Assembly (NCBI RefSeq): GCF_964355755.1 | Contig: NC_092674.1 | Location: 25,110,001-25,174,000 of the forward strand | Direction of reading: 5' to 3' | DNA length: 64,000 nt | From: Antedon mediterranea | Taxonomy: Eukaryota > Animalia > Echinodermata | In this document: positions 39,190-64,000 of the stretch, piece by piece | How positions within the stretch are numbered: position 1 is the first letter of the stretch | Layout of the letters: each line of letters opens with the position of its first letter | Position numbers and translations under genes: made by a program | The notes under the pieces: generated by a model | Seen by the model: only the letters and a program-made list of their open reading frames with translations | Told to the model about the DNA's origin: nothing | The model's database searches: none

Positions 39190-39469
39190 TCATACTATAA
39201 TGCACAGAGCTCAAATGTTGTGTCCTAAAGGCTTTTAAACCAAAGTGGATTGTTGAAACATGGAGGTATCTTATTTTATACATCCATGGTTGAAGAAATG
39301 ACTGCATCATGTATTATATCACTGTAGTTATTTATCGGGTCATACTATAATGCACAGCGCTCAATAGTTGTGTCCTAAAGGCTTTTGAACAAAAGTGGAT
39401 TGAAACGGAAATGGAGTATCTGATGTTATACCTCTATATTACTGAAATGACTGTATCATGTACTATATC
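39190..39469. repeat. Diverged tandem duplication, 150-bp period
   Basis: TCATACTATAATGCACAG.GCTCAA..GTTGTGTCCTAAAGGCTTTT at 39190 and 39340. Confidence 0.85.
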
Positions 39470-39890
39470 GGTTTGATTATGCCGCCGGACAAAGTCAAAT
39501 TATGAGTTCGATATAGGCCTATTTCTTGTAATAAAATATATTTGCAGTCAATTTTTGCTATCGGAGGTGATGATTTGCGAAATGTTAAAACTTCTTTCTT
39601 TTTTTTAAATAAAAAAAATATTTTGTTGAGAGTCTAGAAAACTAAGATCTAGAAAACTAAGAATTAAGATATCTTAGTTTTCTAGATTTTGTTATCTCTG
39701 CACACGTTACTTGACATTTACCTTGATTCATATAAAGTTAGGAGTGTAATTCTATAATTTATATTAATAAGTAATAAACAAACAAAACAAACAGTTTTCA
39801 CAGATTTCACAGTTACGACGTCACAGTACAAATTCGGAAGGTTCTAACAATATTTCTCTTCGTAGAAAACAAACACGTTAGGCCTAATGA

Positions 39891-40129
39891 AGCTTTGTCT
39901 ACACTATCAAACTTTATGTGTCAAAAAATGTGATGTGCCCATATATGGACATGATGATGTCATATCACTACCATATGTAAGCATAGTTCTATCAATCAAT
40001 CAATCAATCGTTCAATTTATATAGCGCCATTCCAACATTCATTGCTTATGGCGCTGTAGAAAAAAATCTACCATATTTGGGCACATCAAACTGTTTTGAC
40101 ACATAAAGTTTGATAGTGTAGACAAGGCT
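39891..40129. mobile_element. MITE family A copy interrupted by an L2-type retroposon tail
   Basis: TIRs intact. Insert at about 39986-40067 has (TCAA)n plus TTTATATAGCGCC..ATGGCGCT. Confidence 0.82.
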
Positions 40130-42065
40130 TTACAGTGCATTGCTTCGTACTATTTAAGTTTCCACTAGCGACGGCGCACGTTTCAAATAAATATGTCGAA
40201 ACATGCTGGAGTTTCCATTTTTTTAGCAATCGAGACAACTGAATCAGATAGATTTAGAAGATAGAATTGCTGGCTAGGAAAGATTGTCCAATAAATTGTT
40301 GGTCTGTGTTTTGAAAAGGGTAGACCTATAAGTCAGTCGGAAAAAAGAAGATGGGGAGGGGTTCTTTTTGAATTCTAAACCCTGGCTGTGGCCTTATTCT
40401 GTTATTAGGCCTATGTCCATGGCCTATATATATCTTACATATTCTGTATACCTGTCTACTAGGCATACTTAAATACGTAATAGAATGTTAGGTGTAAAGT
40501 GACAACATTATACATTAAGTTCCAATAAACGAACAAATCATCATCTTTTTCATCATCATCATCACCATCATCGTCATCTACTCATCAACAAAAAACGAAC
40601 CGACCGAAAGTAAAACTACTGTAATATATATATATATATTGTTGTGATAGACGTGTGTCACACGTGTCGAACATACGGAGCAATGGTAACGTTTTTTGAT
40701 CAGCACTGTTGGGCACTGCCTTTGAATTATCGAAAACTACTCTAATAACAGCGATCATTCTACAACCTGATAATAAGCTTCATCATCAAAAGTAAATAAA
40801 TAACGAATCATTAGTTCAGGCCGTACACATCATTACTGTTAATTCTTAATTTGACAGCTAAGCCAGGTGCCACGCGACAAGCGGTTCAGTTTGGTTACCG
40901 GTACATCCATGTGGTAAAGCATGCACACGCCTAACACCAGGGGCATGTAAATTGTAAAAAATGTTTAAATTTTTTGAAATAAAAATCAAAAGACAAACAT
41001 TTAAATACCTAAAAATTATAGGCAAACGGTACGGTGTGTAGGCCTACTATTTGTTGTTTATTTGTTGCTCATTCATCAAAATACAAAATTACAACACATA
41101 TACAAATGACAGGATGATAGCAAGAGGATAACCCTATAGCTCTAGAGCTTGTTTCGATAGGGGTCCCCGACAAACTCACGGGATATAGCCTAACACAATT
41201 TAATTAAGATACGTTCATTTTTATTGACGATCAAAATGACTGAACATCGACTTTACATTCATCGATAACATTCCGTCGATGTTCATAAAATGGCATGTTA
41301 ATAATAATGATCACTAGAAATTAAAATTTCAGATATAATTTCTAAAGATTGAGATTAGCAATGATTCCAAACTTACCGAGAAAAGCCGCTAACTCCAGGA
41401 ATGTTCTGCCTTTGGATTTGACGTTCCCGCTTCCTACTTCTAGTTTCCTGTTCGATAAATGTAAATGTTCTCTCTCCTTATGATGTTACAACTTCTAAAT
41501 AATTATGATGTTCACTTTGCCGTTTTCCAATGAAGAATGTGTTATTGCTGCTGCTCCTAAATTCCTTGTACCCAAATTGACGACAAGTTAGGGCAATTTC
41601 TGACTTATCTGGTGTCTATCCCGCGACGTCCAAGCACCGTCTGTCACCCCACAAACGAGTCGTCAGGTTTTAAAACAAGCAGTCAATCGGTGGACACAAA
41701 GAAGGCTACGATTGAAAGATACACAAACACAATCGTCGTTGAATTCATCGACACAAGTGATCAACTATTCTTGGCTGCAGTGGCTTAATTACAAATCATC
41801 CTCTACACTCGTTGATGAATCATAAAATACTATGGAACGCAAAAGTGGGATGGCGCAGTAGTATAAAAACTGAGTGACACAACTGAAATATTAGTAATTG
41901 TTTCTCTTCTTGTTTTTGTTGTAAGCTTTGCATATGGATGTAATATCCGAAATAAAGAAATGAATCAATGAATATAATGGTGTCCCTGATTTTTTTTTTA
42001 TTATTCAATGTTATTATTAAGTAACAAAAAATGGACCGAAACATAATTTATTTAGCTAATATTAA

Positions 42066-42406
42066 AGATGTATTGTCCCCCAAAAAACATGAAAAATAAA
42101 GATTAATTAAATCAGACATTGAATAGGTTATTTTGTAGTTTTGTTAAAGTTAATTACTTTTGTAGTGGAAAAAATAATGTTTTCACTTATAAAATGACAA
42201 AATAAATGATTAAATTCAATCAAAAATCTATTGGCTGGCAGCCAATTTGACTATTTTTTTTGCTTTAATAATAATAATAATAATAATTTTTTTTCGATAT
42301 AATTTTTGTGTAGGCCGAGTGTGTATAAGAATTATAGGACATTAAAATGGCATATTCAACAACAAAAAAGGTTCAATAATTATTTTTTCAGGGGGACAAT
42401 ACATCT
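42066..42406. mobile_element. Kolobok-like non-autonomous DNA transposon with TTAA TSD
   Basis: TTAA|AGATGTATTGTCCCCC...GGGGGACAATACATCT|TTAA. Partial copies at about 5850-6141, 6745-6896, 42540-42645 and 61066-61135. Confidence 0.82.
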
Positions 42407-42656
42407 TTAAACCCCATAATAAAAAATTAATAATAATAACAAATTATGTTTCTTTTTATAAGTGAAATCTTTTAAGACTTTTAATAAATTATTGTTTCCT
42501 TCGATGGGGTGAAATCATATATTTTTGTTTCGTTTTTTTTCACAATTGAATAACTTTATTTATTGAACTAAAATATGGCCAAACTTTTTTTTATTCATAT
42601 ATATTTCGTTTTCATGTTTAGGGGGAACAATAGGCCCTACATTTTTACTTCGATTT

Positions 42657-42785
42657 CTATCAAACTAGTTTGACAAAAAAAAAGGTAGATGTGTCCAAAT
42701 TTGTAAATGATATGACGTCAACATGTCCATTATGGGCACATCACATTTTTTTTGTCACATAAAGTTTGATAGTGTAGACAGATCT
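42657..42785. mobile_element. MITE family A copy (one end truncated)
   Basis: Core plus one TIR. Confidence 0.8.
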
Positions 42786-43982
42786 TTACAGGAATGCATA
42801 ACGTATGTTAATTTATTTCGACAAAATAAACAGTTTATAAAGCCAGAATTGACAAACCAATATTTTGTTGTGTTGTTTTTATTTGACAAGATGAGTTTGG
42901 CGTTTCTCTTTCAAAAGCTAAGATAACAATATATTGGATCGGATCATGCAGCGTTAGATCGACTGTGTGGTGCTGCATTTTATCACATGAGACATTAGTT
43001 ATGTCACCATTCATCCGTTGAGTCGAAGAGAGAGACCTACTTTTGGCGCTGCGTACGCATTCTATGTCGTCATCTATCCATTATTTCCTCACAATGCAAT
43101 CAATGTGCACTGATTATTAACATCACACTGTCACTGCTACCAACAACATGATATATTACTCTGTTATTGTTATTTTTGTTCGCTTTCTAATCAGTTTTTA
43201 TTATAATTAGTTCATGCAGCTCCCTGGTTCATGTATAACGGAAGAGGAAATGTTGGAACAACGGTTCGTGGAAGGGATCTACCGTACATAAAAAAAAATA
43301 AAATAAACAACATATTCCGTTAGTATTGTTTATTTTTCTTTTTTTGTCTTGTGTGAGTTCTTCTCACGTTTATTTAAATTCTCATTGATGAATATATTAT
43401 ATACATATAAGTACATTTGTGACAATTAAAAGTAAGTGTTTAAAGTAGGTATAATTCAAGTATATTTACATAATAAGATGCCAAATGGCGGTAAAATACT
43501 TGATTAAAATTTTCTTGTTAAACTATCTTATTTGTGTTCTTATTTGTGTTCGAGTAGAGAGGCTATAAACCCAGGGGAGGAAAATGTAGTATCCTCCCTT
43601 TTCACCAAAATAAGATGGATGGAATGAAAAAAAAAATATGGTTTATTTTTCACCGGTTTCTACAAAACAGTATGTTTGATGAATGTATTTTTTCTTCACT
43701 CATAATTATGTTATTTAGATTACTAACATTTCACTAGAAAACTTTTTAATAATGTATGGTACGCATAAAGACCTGTTAGACGTTTTTAAAAGGCTTTTTA
43801 TTTAATTGTTATTATTTTTTTTTTCATACGTAAATAATATAATATTTATAATAAATAATATTGTAAAAACCTGTTACAACTAAAACGTTAAAAACATTTT
43901 TTATTATAAAATTGTGTATGTCGCCCTCTTTATTTTTTCAGCCTTGTAACTAATAGAGGGCGTTAGTTCTATGCGAAATGGG

Positions 43983-43990
43983 CCGGAAGT
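43983..43990 (+). promoter_or_regulatory. ETS/GABP-type site CCGGAAGT, probable kinase core-promoter element
   Basis: Perfect CCGGAAGT about 200 bp upstream of the ATG, in a small GC-richer patch after a very AT-rich tract. Confidence 0.5.
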
Positions 43991-44050
43991 GGACTTGCTG
44001 CAGAGAGAAAGTGACTAAAGAATTGTCTCTGGGAAGAATACATATTTCAA

Positions 44051-44183
44051 ATGAAAAATAACATATTTTATTGATGAGACAGAGCTTCGAAATTTATCTA
44101 CTGAGTTGATGAAACATCAATTTCATTGTCACATCGGATGTATTAACAGTAGTATTTATTTTTGGGATAATTACTGCCCGTAA
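44051..44183 (+). promoter_or_regulatory. Three chained upstream ORFs in the putative kinase 5' UTR
   Basis: ATG..TGA 44051-44074, ATG..TGA 44074-44109 and ATG..TAA 44109-44183. Both junctions are TGATG overlaps. Confidence 0.45.
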
Positions 44184-44190
44184 CAGAGAC

Positions 44191-63368
<19,178 letters not shown>

Positions 63369-63395
63369 TAGCAAGCTACTGTATCCCTTCATTGG

Positions 63396-63505
63396 TTATA
63401 AGCCCAGCCGTGGTAAGGTCCAGCCGTAACTATAAGCCTAGCCTGGATTATAAGCCCAGTCTTGATTATAAGCCCATTCTTGATTATAAGCCCAGTCTTG
63501 GATAT
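63396..63505. repeat. 18-bp degenerate tandem repeat TTATAAGCCCAGTCTTGA
   Basis: Direct reading. Explains the spurious DYKPSL ORF. Confidence 0.85.
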
Positions 63506-64000
63506 AAAGATTGTATTCTTTTGTTAAAGACAGAGCTTTTGTATAAGCCTTGGTACAAGTATGTGATTGGACCCAGTTGAGTAGTTAGCTGTCAATATAT
63601 CCAGCATCCAAAAAAGTCATTCTATATAGCTATTGCTTAGAGGTTGGCCCTAACCCTAACTTTATAAATATGTAATTGTAAATGGGGAATAACCTGCGAC
63701 TTGCAGCCTACTGGACTGAATTGCACACAGGTGTAGACGAGACATACCACAACTTTCTACTCCTATAAAGAATCCCTTCATGTCGAGTGCTGCCACGAAA
63801 TGGCGCCCGTTCGTCTGTCCACAATGACAGTTCCTGTAATTGGCCCAGGGACCTGTAGATCTGGGCCTCCATGTATATATAAAGTTATAAAATTGAATTT
63901 ATGAACTTGAACTTAACTATTATTTCCAATTTCCTAAACCAACCAACCATAACCTTATTTATGTTAACAACATGGAGAATACATTAGCAATTTATACCTT

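Noticed and set aside
63392-63580. ORF with DYKPSL repeats
   Set aside because: It is the reading of an 18-bp intronic tandem repeat.

Overview
AT-rich, intron-rich animal genomic DNA, probably an invertebrate deuterostome such as an echinoderm (inference from repeat content). It holds two head-to-head spliced genes. (1) Minus strand, 30300->849: a complete 9-coding-exon gene for a 417-aa fold-type-II PLP enzyme of the D-cysteine desulfhydrase/ACC-deaminase family. All splice sites are GT-AG and all phases fit. The catalytic Lys and the DPxYT/HTGG motifs are kept, but three normally conserved active-site loops have diverged (QSNH->LSNH, GGSN->GKPS, GSGGT->ATGEN). (2) Plus strand, from 44191 and running off the window end: the first 7 coding exons of a GCK-IV Ste20 kinase (MAP4K4/TNIK/MINK1/misshapen), preceded by an ETS site and three uORFs chained by TGATG stop-start overlaps. 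Introns and the intergenic space are crowded with non-autonomous transposons: Harbinger-, P-, hAT-, Kolobok-, Helentron- and Sola-like elements, a 5S-derived SINE with a TSD, tRNA-headed SINEs, LINE 3' ends and minisatellites. The most striking unexplained pattern is small insertions at TA (TAGGCCTA and TACAGTA/TACTGTA). They can be shown as insertions by comparing repeat copies inside the window, and their density shifts sharply at the kinase promoter together with CpG content. No prokaryotic systems or CRISPR arrays were found.
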